In this document: in pieces, positions 17,182 to 24,943 of the stretch | Layout: each line of letters begins with the position of its first letter | Position numbering within the stretch: the stretch's first letter is position 1 | Virus record (IMG/VR): IMGVR_UViG_3300008108_004834 | Coordinates: 1-64,000 of that record | Length of the DNA stretch: 64,000 nucleotides | Direction: 5' to 3' (one strand) | Origin: a virus | The notes under the pieces: generated by a model | What the model saw: the letters and a program-made list of their open reading frames with translations, nothing else | Databases searched by the model: none | What the model was told of the DNA's origin: nothing | Translations under genes and position numbers: made by a program

Positions 17182-18063
17182 ATGATGATTCGTTCTTTTA
17201 TTGCTGCCTCCGCAGTTGTTGCTACTATTGCTGCTCCTGCTATGGCACAAGTTACCAGTGTTTCACAACTGCGTGATGTTCAACCTACTGAGTGGTCTTA
17301 TCAGGCTATCTCTAATCTAGTTTCACGCTATGGTTGTGTTGCTGGTTATCCTGATGGCACATTCCGTTCTGGTCAACATGCTACCCGTGCCGAACTTGCT
17401 GCCCTGACCAATGCTTGCCTTGATAGCATTACTCAATTCTACACTGAGGCAGATGCTCGCACCGCTGCTGCCCTTCGTGCAGAATTCTCCCGTGAGATTG
17501 CTGCTACTAATACTCGCGTAAGTGCTCTTGAACTTGCTGCTGCTCAGAAAGCACAAGGCGTTGGTAACTATCTGGGTGCTGGTGTTCTCCTAAATCAGCA
17601 AGGTGTTGAGGGTAATGGTTATGATGCTGAGCGTACCGTTGCTGGTGGTACTGTACAAGGTCGTTATGCTGTAAAGACTTTCAGCAATCAGAACGCTGTT
17701 TCACTTCGTCCTTATATCAACGCTGTTGGTACTCCTGCTGGTGAAATCGGTGCTGGTGGTGGTGCTCTGCTTTCTTACGATTGGAGTATTGCCCGTGCTG
17801 CTTCTGGCGTAAGCAAGGCAAACCTCTACACTGGTGTTGGTTATCAGATTCCTTTCGTAAACAACACTGATGCTAACTTCCAATCCGCTGTGGGTGATCG
17901 TGGTCAAGTTGTATTCGCACTTGGCGTTGAAGGTCGTCTGACCAACTCTCTGGTTGGTTTTGCTGATCTGAAGTTCCCTACCACTAATGCTGCTAACAGT
18001 TATGGTGCTACTGACGGAACCTATTCCCCAGTGCTCACCACTGGTCTTGGTTTTAAGTTCTGA
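17182..18063 (+). CDS. SLH-domain outer-membrane protein (Som/porin-type N-terminus, short beta-barrel)
   Basis: signal peptide; QVTSVSQLRDVQPTEWSYQA...YGCVAGYPDGTF; C-terminal GLGFKF. Confidence 0.8.
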   Translation: MMIRSFIAASAVVATIAAPAMAQVTSVSQLRDVQPTEWSYQAISNLVSRYGCVAGYPDGTFRSGQHATRAELAALTNACLDSITQFYTEADARTAAALRAEFSREIAATNTRVSALELAAAQKAQGVGNYLGAGVLLNQQGVEGNGYDAERTVAGGTVQGRYAVKTFSNQNAVSLRPYINAVGTPAGEIGAGGGALLSYDWSIARAASGVSKANLYTGVGYQIPFVNNTDANFQSAVGDRGQVVFALGVEGRLTNSLVGFADLKFPTTNAANSYGATDGTYSPVLTTGLGFKF

Positions 18064-18086
18064 TAAATCACTCCTAAGTTGAGTGG

Positions 18087-18113
18087 AAGCACCCCTTTCT
18101 GGGGTGCTTTTTT
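18087..18113 (+). terminator. intrinsic terminator
   Basis: AAGCACCCC/GGGGTGCTT plus T run. Confidence 0.8.
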
Positions 18114-18139
18114 ATAAATTTATCTTGCAATAGTCTAAA

Positions 18140-18415
18140 ATGAAACCCAAAATTGAAATTAGAGACCATAGAGGCCCAATCACAGATGACCCTCTTTTAG
18201 AAAAACTTATTCCTTGTCATCGTTGCGAAACAGTTGACAATCCTATTATTAAACCAAGATATAGGATTTCTAATAGAATGAAAAAGGATGATAATGGAAG
18301 ATATCAACCGCACGATTATGTTCTTCAGCATATGTGCTCTGACGCAAAATCAACATCAATTGATGAGTTTACTCGCGAAGAACTAGTGAATAAATGGAAT
18401 AATCTTAATGTGTGA
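18140..18415 (+). CDS. hypothetical (CxxC, Lar-like 'WN' C-terminus)
   Basis: PCHRC ... KWNN. Confidence 0.5.
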   Translation: MKPKIEIRDHRGPITDDPLLEKLIPCHRCETVDNPIIKPRYRISNRMKKDDNGRYQPHDYVLQHMCSDAKSTSIDEFTREELVNKWNNLNV

Positions 18416-18440
18416 TAATCTTAAAAACAACAAAAAATTT

Positions 18441-19406
18441 ATGAAACTCAAAAACTTTATTGCTATCGGTCTGCTTGCTGCTCCTACTGCTGCACTTGCA
18501 GGCACTACCTTGAATGGCGCTGGTGCTACCTTTCCAGCACCTCTGTATCAGCGATGGTTCCAAGACTATGCTGCCACATCTGGTAATCGCGTGAATTATC
18601 AGTCTGTTGGTTCTGGTGCTGGTGTTCGCCAATTCATTGCGGGCACAGTTGACTTCGCAGCAAGTGATGAACCAATCAAGGCATCCGAAGCATCCAAAGT
18701 AAAACGTGGTGTTGTTCAGTTCCCTGCTGTGGGTGGAACAATTGCGATTGCTTATAACAAACCTGGATGTTCTCTCAAACTCACTCAGAAGCAAACTGTG
18801 GATATTTTCCAAGGTGAGATTAAAGACTGGAAGCAACTTCCTAATTGTGGTAATGGCCCTATTCGCGTCGTACACCGTTCTGATGGTTCTGGTACTACCT
18901 TTGCCTTTACTAACTCTCTGAATGCCTTTGATTCCTCTTGGAAGCAGGTTGCGAAGGCAATTAATTGGCCCGTTGGTGTTGGTGCCAAAGGTAATGAAGG
19001 TGTTGCTGGAAATATTCGCAATACTCCCGGTTCTATTGGTTATGTGAACACTGGATTTGTAAAGGCAAACAAACTCCAGGCTGCTGCTATTCAAAACAAG
19101 GCAGGAAAGTTTGTTCTTCCTTCTGCTAAGTCAGGTGCTTCTGCTCTGAATAGTATTGCTCTTGATTCAAATCTTGCTGGAGAAAATCCCAATCCTTCTG
19201 GTGCTGGTTCTTATCCAATTTCTACTTTGACTTGGATTCTTGCATATAAGAATGGTAATGGCGCCAAAACTAACCAACTTCAAAGTGCCTTTAACTATGT
19301 TCTAAGTGGAAAGGCACAAATGATTGCTGATGATCTTGGATATGTTCCTCTTTCTGGAAGCATCCTCAACAAATCCCGAATTGCCGTAAAACGGGTTGGT
19401 CAGTAA
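18441..19406 (+). CDS. pstS: phosphate-binding protein PstS
   Basis: GAGATFPAPLY, GSGAG, HRSDGSGTT, KGNEGV. Confidence 0.97.
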   Translation: MKLKNFIAIGLLAAPTAALAGTTLNGAGATFPAPLYQRWFQDYAATSGNRVNYQSVGSGAGVRQFIAGTVDFAASDEPIKASEASKVKRGVVQFPAVGGTIAIAYNKPGCSLKLTQKQTVDIFQGEIKDWKQLPNCGNGPIRVVHRSDGSGTTFAFTNSLNAFDSSWKQVAKAINWPVGVGAKGNEGVAGNIRNTPGSIGYVNTGFVKANKLQAAAIQNKAGKFVLPSAKSGASALNSIALDSNLAGENPNPSGAGSYPISTLTWILAYKNGNGAKTNQLQSAFNYVLSGKAQMIADDLGYVPLSGSILNKSRIAVKRVGQ

Positions 19407-19481
19407 ATCATAACAGGGAGGGGGCTTGACACCCCCTTCTTTTTCCTATATACTGTTGTAACACTTCTTAATAAAACTAAA

Positions 19482-19676
19482 ATGACTGTAACAACGAATG
19501 ATCGTGGGCAACAAAATATGTTTGCTAAAGAACCCGTGATGTACTACGAAAACTATGGTATGCTTACCCCTAATCAAATTAGGGAGCGTACTAATGGTCG
19601 TTGGGCAATGATGGGTTTTGTTGCTGGCATCATTTCTTATGCTATTACTGGCAATTTCTTCTTTGGCGTATTTTGA
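19482..19676 (+). CDS. hli: high-light-inducible protein
   Basis: ERTNGRWAMMGF. Confidence 0.9.
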   Translation: MTVTTNDRGQQNMFAKEPVMYYENYGMLTPNQIRERTNGRWAMMGFVAGIISYAITGNFFFGVF

Positions 19677-19762
19677 TGACTGAAGTAATTTTCACCATTA
19701 CCTCAATTGCATTTTTTGTACTTCTGGGGTATTCTGTAGAACAACTTTCCGAAACTTATTAA
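19676..19762 (+). CDS. 28-aa membrane peptide
   Basis: MTEVIFTITSIAFFVLLGYSVEQLSETY; TGATG coupling to hli. Confidence 0.5.
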   Translation: MTEVIFTITSIAFFVLLGYSVEQLSETY

Positions 19763-19765
19763 AAA

Positions 19766-20056
19766 ATGACTTTTAACGTTACACTTCAAACTCCTGACGG
19801 CACCGAAACCACTATTCAGTGTGCCGATGACCAATATATTCTTGAGGCAGCAGAAGAAGCAGGTATTGATCTTCCTTATTCATGTAAGGCAGGCGCTTGT
19901 TCTTCCTGTGCTGGTAAGGTGATTTCCGGCGAAATTGACAATGAGGAACAATCATTCCTTGATGATGATCAAATGGCAGAAGGTTGGGCACTTCTTTGTG
20001 TTGCCTATCCTAAGTCCGATTGTGTAATTCTCACTGAGCAGGAGGAGAATCTATGA
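19766..20056 (+). CDS. petF: 2Fe-2S ferredoxin
   Basis: [13 protein letters not shown]...LLCVAYP. Confidence 0.96.
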   Translation: MTFNVTLQTPDGTETTIQCADDQYILEAAEEAGIDLPYSCKAGACSSCAGKVISGEIDNEEQSFLDDDQMAEGWALLCVAYPKSDCVILTEQEENL

Positions 20057-20376
20057 AAGCACTTCTAGCATTTCTTGCTGTATTCTTTCTTGCTCTTCCA
20101 GCATGGGCAGTAGATGTTACAATGGGATCCAATGGCAATCTTGTCTTTGAACCCGCCGAAATCTCAATCTCTGCTGGTGATACTGTTCATTTTGTGAATG
20201 GTATGCTTCCTCCTCATAATGTAATTGTTGAGGATCATCCAGAACTTTCTCACGATGCACTTCTTTTTATGCCCGGTGAGAGTTTTGATGTCACTTTTAC
20301 CGAAGCAGGAGATTATACTTATTGGTGTGCTCCCCATAAAAGTGCTGGTATGATTGGACATGCTCATGTGGAGTGA
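20053..20376 (+). CDS. petE: plastocyanin
   Basis: signal peptide; [14 protein letters not shown] copper ligands. Confidence 0.95.
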   Translation: MKALLAFLAVFFLALPAWAVDVTMGSNGNLVFEPAEISISAGDTVHFVNGMLPPHNVIVEDHPELSHDALLFMPGESFDVTFTEAGDYTYWCAPHKSAGMIGHAHVE

Positions 20377-20377
20377 T

Positions 20378-20533
20378 ATGATCTTTCTTTGTGCTGCTCA
20401 TCATCAACCACAAACCGTCATCAATCACGATATTATTCATATGTTTGTATGTTGTCTTGCTATCGCTGGAGGAGTTGCGGCAATCGTATATGCCGTAAAT
20501 CAATCTAGAAAAAATAAGGATCACAATTCATGA
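20378..20533 (+). CDS. small membrane protein
   Basis: MIFLCAAHHQ...; coupled to next ORF. Confidence 0.4.
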   Translation: MIFLCAAHHQPQTVINHDIIHMFVCCLAIAGGVAAIVYAVNQSRKNKDHNS

Positions 20534-20805
20534 GTGCTGATATGTTAGGGCAATTTGCAATTGCTCTTGAAAAACTTGGATGGGATGCCAATGATGAACT
20601 AGAAGTAAACATTGGTGGAGTGGCAGTCACAGGAACTGCTACTAATCCCGACGCTAATCCAAAATGGGCAAAACCATTTGGAACTGTGACTTATCAAAAT
20701 GATGCGTTTATCGTCATCAAAAATAAAAACAGAAATCCAGTAGTTTCGTCTAACCCAAATCCTGATCTTAAACAACAACACCCCTATCAAGGAGAAAACA
20801 AATGA
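20530..20805 (+). CDS. conserved picocyanobacterial/cyanophage hypothetical
   Basis: KWA.P.G...Y..DAFIVIKN motif. Confidence 0.7.
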   Translation: MSADMLGQFAIALEKLGWDANDELEVNIGGVAVTGTATNPDANPKWAKPFGTVTYQNDAFIVIKNKNRNPVVSSNPNPDLKQQHPYQGENK

Positions 20806-20921
20806 ACAAAATTTTTACTGAAAATGCTGAACTCTGGAACGGTCGCTTTGCAATGATTGGATTCATTGCTGCTGCTGGTTCCTATCTGATTACTGGTCAA
20901 GTAATTCCTGGCGTATTTTGA
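20802..20921 (+). CDS. hli: second high-light-inducible protein (39 aa, absent from ORF track)
   Basis: AELWNGRFAMIGF...TGQVIPGVF. Confidence 0.92.
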   Translation: MNKIFTENAELWNGRFAMIGFIAAAGSYLITGQVIPGVF

Positions 20922-20932
20922 TGGAGGTTACT

Positions 20933-21460
20933 ATGCGTAAAGAGGGATACGAAGTTCCACAGGTAGAATTTATTTTTCGTGAGTCTGGTGAGTTTGTAAC
21001 TCGCAAATCTTCAGAACTATTTGATAACAAACGTGTAGTGATTTTCTCACTTCCTGGTGCATTCACTCCTACTTGTAGTGCTTATCAACTACCCGGATTT
21101 GAGGAAAACTATGGAGCATTTAGGGACTTGGGCATTGATGCTATTTACTGCATTTCTGTTAATGACGCTTTTACGATGAATGCTTGGTCACAAGATCAGG
21201 ACATTCGAAATGTAAAACTGATTCCTGATGGCAACGCTTACTTCACTCGCTCTATGGGTCAACTCGTTGCCAAGACCAATCTTGGTTTTGGTCAGCGTTC
21301 TTGGCGATATGCTGCTGTGGTAACTGATGGAATTATTGAAAGACTTTTTGAGGAACCAGGAAAATGCGATAATGCAGATTCTGATCCTTATGAAGTTACA
21401 ACTCCAGAAAATGTCTTGAATTATATTCGGACTTCTGTGTTAGAACTAGAAATTGTTTGA
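20933..21460 (+). CDS. type II (Prx5-like) peroxiredoxin
   Basis: SLPGAFTPTCS, SVND, RSWRYA; GGAGG RBS. Confidence 0.92.
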   Translation: MRKEGYEVPQVEFIFRESGEFVTRKSSELFDNKRVVIFSLPGAFTPTCSAYQLPGFEENYGAFRDLGIDAIYCISVNDAFTMNAWSQDQDIRNVKLIPDGNAYFTRSMGQLVAKTNLGFGQRSWRYAAVVTDGIIERLFEEPGKCDNADSDPYEVTTPENVLNYIRTSVLELEIV

Positions 21461-21490
21461 ATGTGAGGAGGGTTAATACCCTCCTTTTTT

Positions 21491-21498
21491 AATAAATA
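21491..21498 (+). promoter_or_regulatory. late promoter of lysin gene
   Basis: AATAAATA right after a terminator. Confidence 0.6.
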
Positions 21499-21521
21499 GA
21501 TTTACTGAATGAATAGGGACA

Positions 21522-22217
21522 ATGAAAGTAGATCTGCATAATTTCTTTAAGCATTATGATGAAAACAACCCAAATCATATTGCTTCAGTAGAAAAACTGG
21601 AAGAAGCACTTGCAAATAAGCAACCTGAATTACTTGAAGACATTGCAGACTGGGTTATCACCTATAGAAAGAAACCTTCTGTTCCTGGAATTCTAAACGT
21701 TCCTTTCTACCCACAAACAGATAATTATAGGGATGCTCAACGAACCTGTAATTCATCTGCTTGTGCTATGTGTCTAGAGTATTTTAAACCAGGCACTTTA
21801 AAAGGGGTAAAAGGAGATGATACCTACATTCAAAAGGTATTCTCAGTTGGTGATACAACAGATCATTCGGTTCAAACCAGTGTTCTCAATTCTTATGGGA
21901 TTAAGTCTGGGTTTAAGTATAATCTTGGGTTTTCTGATCTTGATCGTGAGCTTGCTGCTGGGAGACCCGTTGTTATCGGTATCTTGCATCGCGGTACTTT
22001 ATCTGCTCCTACTGGTGGTCATATGCTCGTAGTGATTGGAAAGAAAGGTGATGATTATGTTGTTAATGACCCTTATGGATCTTTGAATGATGATTACACT
22101 GGCCCAGTGACAAATGGCAAAGGTGCTGTGTATAAGAGATCTGATCTTGAGTATCGTTGGTTGGAACGCGCAAAAGATAAGACCGGTTGGGGCAGAATCT
22201 TTGATGCAAAAAAGTAG
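21522..22217 (+). CDS. C39-like cysteine peptidase (lysin N-part; zero-frame product)
   Basis: LNVPFYPQTDN, RTCNSSACAM, GGHMLVVIG, VNDPYG. Confidence 0.85.
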   Translation: MKVDLHNFFKHYDENNPNHIASVEKLEEALANKQPELLEDIADWVITYRKKPSVPGILNVPFYPQTDNYRDAQRTCNSSACAMCLEYFKPGTLKGVKGDDTYIQKVFSVGDTTDHSVQTSVLNSYGIKSGFKYNLGFSDLDRELAAGRPVVIGILHRGTLSAPTGGHMLVVIGKKGDDYVVNDPYGSLNDDYTGPVTNGKGAVYKRSDLEYRWLERAKDKTGWGRIFDAKK

Positions 22218-22687
22218 AAAGTTCTATTCCGCAAGTAGGAATAGAACTCATCAAAAAATATGAACAATGTAAACTTGCAGTATATCCAGATCCCAAAACT
22301 AAGGGAAAACCATACACTGTTGGTTGGGGAAGTACTCGTAAGAAAGATGGAAGTCCCTTTAAATTGGGAGAAAGGATTACACGACAAGAAGCAGATGAGT
22401 TATTTGATTGGCAGATTCAAAATGAATTCCTTCCGTCACTTTCAAAAATTCCATATTGGGAGGAAATGAATGACAATCAAAGAGGGGCTTTACTTTGCTT
22501 TGCTTACAATCTTGGTGCAGATTTCTATGGTAGTCCTTACTTTACGACACTTACAAGGGTCTTGAAAAATAAAGAGTGGAATAAGGTTCCTGATACACTT
22601 TGTCTTTATAGAGATCCCGGAACAGATGTAGAAGAGGGATTGCTAAGAAGAAGAAAGGAAGAAGGTGCTTTATGGGCCAAAAAATAA
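22205..22687 (+). CDS. GH24 lysozyme domain in the -1 frame (no ATG/GTG/TTG ahead of the catalytic motif)
   Basis: open from 22205: KKVESSIPQVGIELIKKYEQCKLAVYPDPKTKGKPYTVGWGST...FAYNLG...GLLRRRKEE; E-x8-D and T motif lie upstream of the TTG at 22364. Confidence 0.85.
   Translation, partial: CKKVESSIPQVGIELIKKYEQCKLAVYPDPKTKGKPYTVGWGSTRKKDGSPFKLGERITRQEADELFDWQIQNEFLPSLSKIPYWEEMNDNQRGALLCFAYNLGADFYGSPYFTTLTRVLKNKEWNKVPDTLCLYRDPGTDVEEGLLRRRKEEGALWAKK
22208..22248 (+). promoter_or_regulatory. candidate programmed -1 frameshift signal
   Basis: A AAA AAG heptamer 22208-14, 5-nt spacer, perfect 11-bp stem 22220-30/22238-48. Confidence 0.75.
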
Positions 22688-22917
22688 CTTTCTTCCCTTT
22701 TTGCAGGGTCTTCTAATAAAACGAATAACCTCTGGTGGTTGCCTTTTTGGTTGAGGTCTTCTTTTGTCTAGCATAAGACCATCATTCGTCGTCAGTCTTA
22801 GTGTGATTATGATTAGAAGAATTACTTTCTTCATTTGCTAGGATTATGATTTTGTATAGAACAATTGCTACTCCTATGAGTCCAATTCCTAAAAGTATAT
22901 TTACTGACCAAACTACT

Positions 22918-23112
22918 TCATTCATTATTTTCTTTCCTATGAATCCATTCTTTTAGTTCTTTTACATAGTTTCTTAGATATTGTGCTTTTTCTAAGTGCC
23001 AACTATTTTTGGTTTTGAAATATTCTTGATTGTGATTATCAATTGCCTTCAGTATTCTATGTATTATAGAATTCCAATTTTCCCTTTGCGGAGTGTTAAA
23101 TTCTCTTGGCAT
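22918..23112 (-). CDS. conserved cyanophage hypothetical
   Basis: MPREFNTP..., minus-strand late-type promoter upstream. Confidence 0.6.
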   Translation of the reverse strand: MPREFNTPQRENWNSIIHRILKAIDNHNQEYFKTKNSWHLEKAQYLRNYVKELKEWIHRKENNE

Positions 23113-23166
23113 TTTGTTAGTTATTTTCTAAATACTTATAGTCCGATGCTTTATATATTAAGAAAA

Positions 23167-23346
23167 ATGGAGAAACGGAAGGATCATGATAGGAGACAAT
23201 GCGAAAGAAGAACATATGATAGAAGATGTGAACATAAAACTCCAGAATATAGAGAATTGGAATATGAACTACGATGCAAAAATGAAGAAATTCAGAAACT
23301 TAAAGATGAAATTCACAGTATGAATGATGATCTTTTTGGGCAGTAA
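23167..23346 (+). CDS. small protein with (D/E)RR repeats plus coiled coil
   Basis: EKRKDHDRRQCERRTYDRR. Confidence 0.5.
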   Translation: MEKRKDHDRRQCERRTYDRRCEHKTPEYRELEYELRCKNEEIQKLKDEIHSMNDDLFGQ

Positions 23347-23353
23347 TTTCCAA

Positions 23354-23689
23354 TCACATATACTTAACAGCAAATCCTTCCTGTAACATTCTTTCATTTA
23401 TAGAAAAACAATCGTCTTTGGTATATAATTCTCCAAGCATTCTTCCATACTTATCTTCTTTAGTTGTCTTAATTGTAATTTCTTTATCTTTAAGTTCTCT
23501 TTCCAACCATTCCTTTGCCTTTAGACCTTTATCTTTTTCTTGAAGATCTAAGGTTCTTGTTTCTGGAGCATCAATTCCCTTAAGACGGATTCTTTGTTGA
23601 ACGTAAATATAAAATCCGGCATCAATTACCACATCAATCGTATCTCCATCCACGATTCTCACGATTTCTTTTACTTTGTAAGTATACAT
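23354..23689 (-). CDS. thermonuclease (SNase) family nuclease
   Basis: VDGDT, RIRLKGIDAPE, DKYGRMLG. Confidence 0.92.
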   Translation of the reverse strand: MYTYKVKEIVRIVDGDTIDVVIDAGFYIYVQQRIRLKGIDAPETRTLDLQEKDKGLKAKEWLERELKDKEITIKTTKEDKYGRMLGELYTKDDCFSINERMLQEGFAVKYM

Positions 23690-23746
23690 TGGAGTTTTTG
23701 ATTATTTAGGTTAAACTAAATATTATATGCAATCACTATTTTAGTT

Positions 23747-24076
23747 ATGTCAAACGATAGAAATAGAGAAAGAAAAATCATTGATATCGGGTCTCATCCA
23801 TTGAAAGTAGAGTTTGTTGTGGATAACGAAATATATTTTACGGGAAAGATATCGGATATTAGTTCAATGGGATTGGGAGTTATAGTAGCATCTAATGATC
23901 GCATTGAAGTTGAATCTGGCCAGAAAGGAGTTTTACATATATGGAAAGTTACTAATAAATTTGTGGATATTCCCGTAACATGTAAGTGGATGAACAAAAA
24001 TTATGGGGTAAAGTTTTATGGATTTGAAACTGAGGTAAATCTATACGACACAGAACTCAGGCAGTATTTGGAATAA
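23747..24076 (+). CDS. PilZ-domain protein
   Basis: RNRER (RxxxR) and DISSMG (DxSxxG); ~110 aa. Confidence 0.7.
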   Translation: MSNDRNRERKIIDIGSHPLKVEFVVDNEIYFTGKISDISSMGLGVIVASNDRIEVESGQKGVLHIWKVTNKFVDIPVTCKWMNKNYGVKFYGFETEVNLYDTELRQYLE

Positions 24077-24106
24077 ATACTCTTAAGAAATATTGGTAGA
24101 TTATAC

Positions 24107-24943
24107 GTGGCATTAGATAGACCTTCAGACATAGAAGATACCTTAGATCTTTCTGATTTTTTTTCTTTAGTAAATACTGAGAAAAAAAGACAAAAGGAGG
24201 AGTTCTCTTCTATTGTCGGTGATTTGGGTTTAGATTCTATTTTTGAAGAAGTAAAGACATTAAAAAAGAAAAATAAAATAAAGAAAAAAAAGGACAAAAA
24301 AACTTTAGAAACTTTTGAGAATTGGTTGTATTCAGATAATACAAAAAAGCAACCAATACAAGAGGTGCAAGAAATTGTGGAGGAAGTTATTGAAGAAGTT
24401 CAAGAAATTGTAGATAATATAGTAGAAGAATCTTCGGAAAAACCTAAAGAAAATTCAACTCTTATAGAAAAATCTTTAGGTCTTCTTGCAGAACCATCGG
24501 ACGCTAAAATTCAACAAGACTCACTAACTCCACTGAATCAAAAGTTTGCGACACTTGAGGATCTTCAGAAACATTATAATCTTTTCCTTTCGAGAATTCA
24601 GCAACAACTTTCTACGTTAGGTGGAGGTGGTGAGACAAATCTGGCATATATGGATATGCCTCTTACATATGTCACTACTTCATCTTATACAGTAACTCCA
24701 CAAGATTATTATATTGGTGTTAATTATGCAGGAGCAGTTACAATCACTCTTCCAACACCAAGGAAGGATGGAAAGACCTACATAGTAAAAGATGAACTTG
24801 GAGAAGCGTCCAAGGGAGTAAATAGGTATATCACGATCCTCCCATCTGGTTCTGATACTATTGATGGTAGAGACAGGGCATTTATTGCTTATGATTATGG
24901 GTCACTTACTTTTGTTTATAGAAACGGTTGGAGAGTAGTCTAA
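24107..24943 (+). CDS. virion-associated protein (charged N-part, tail-fibre-like C-domain)
   Basis: late promoter 24072; DYYIGVN..GAVTITLP...YIVKDE.G. Confidence 0.6.
   Translation: MALDRPSDIEDTLDLSDFFSLVNTEKKRQKEEFSSIVGDLGLDSIFEEVKTLKKKNKIKKKKDKKTLETFENWLYSDNTKKQPIQEVQEIVEEVIEEVQEIVDNIVEESSEKPKENSTLIEKSLGLLAEPSDAKIQQDSLTPLNQKFATLEDLQKHYNLFLSRIQQQLSTLGGGGETNLAYMDMPLTYVTTSSYTVTPQDYYIGVNYAGAVTITLPTPRKDGKTYIVKDELGEASKGVNRYITILPSGSDTIDGRDRAFIAYDYGSLTFVYRNGWRVV

Noticed and set aside
18400-18425. Pho box upstream of pstS (two AATCTTAA)
   Set aside because: Repeat period is 16 nt, not the 11 nt expected.
18405-19094. 229-aa antisense ORF to pstS and similar antisense ORFs in psbA, gnd, g32 and 31696-32022
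   Set aside because: These are mirror frames caused by biased codon usage; no motifs or RBS.
22215-22240. TAG read-through or stop-codon reassignment as the explanation for the split lysin
   Set aside because: The zero frame hits another TAG six codons later, the lysozyme is in the -1 frame, no suppressor tRNA is seen and TAG ends other genes normally.
22260-22469. 69-aa ORF and the 22364 TTG start of lysozyme
   Set aside because: The first is an off-frame shadow; the second would omit the catalytic Glu/Asp/Thr segment.
24260-24302. A-rich slippery runs in the 24107 ORF
   Set aside because: They encode a Lys-rich stretch in an uninterrupted ORF, with no downstream stem or meaningful alternative frame seen.
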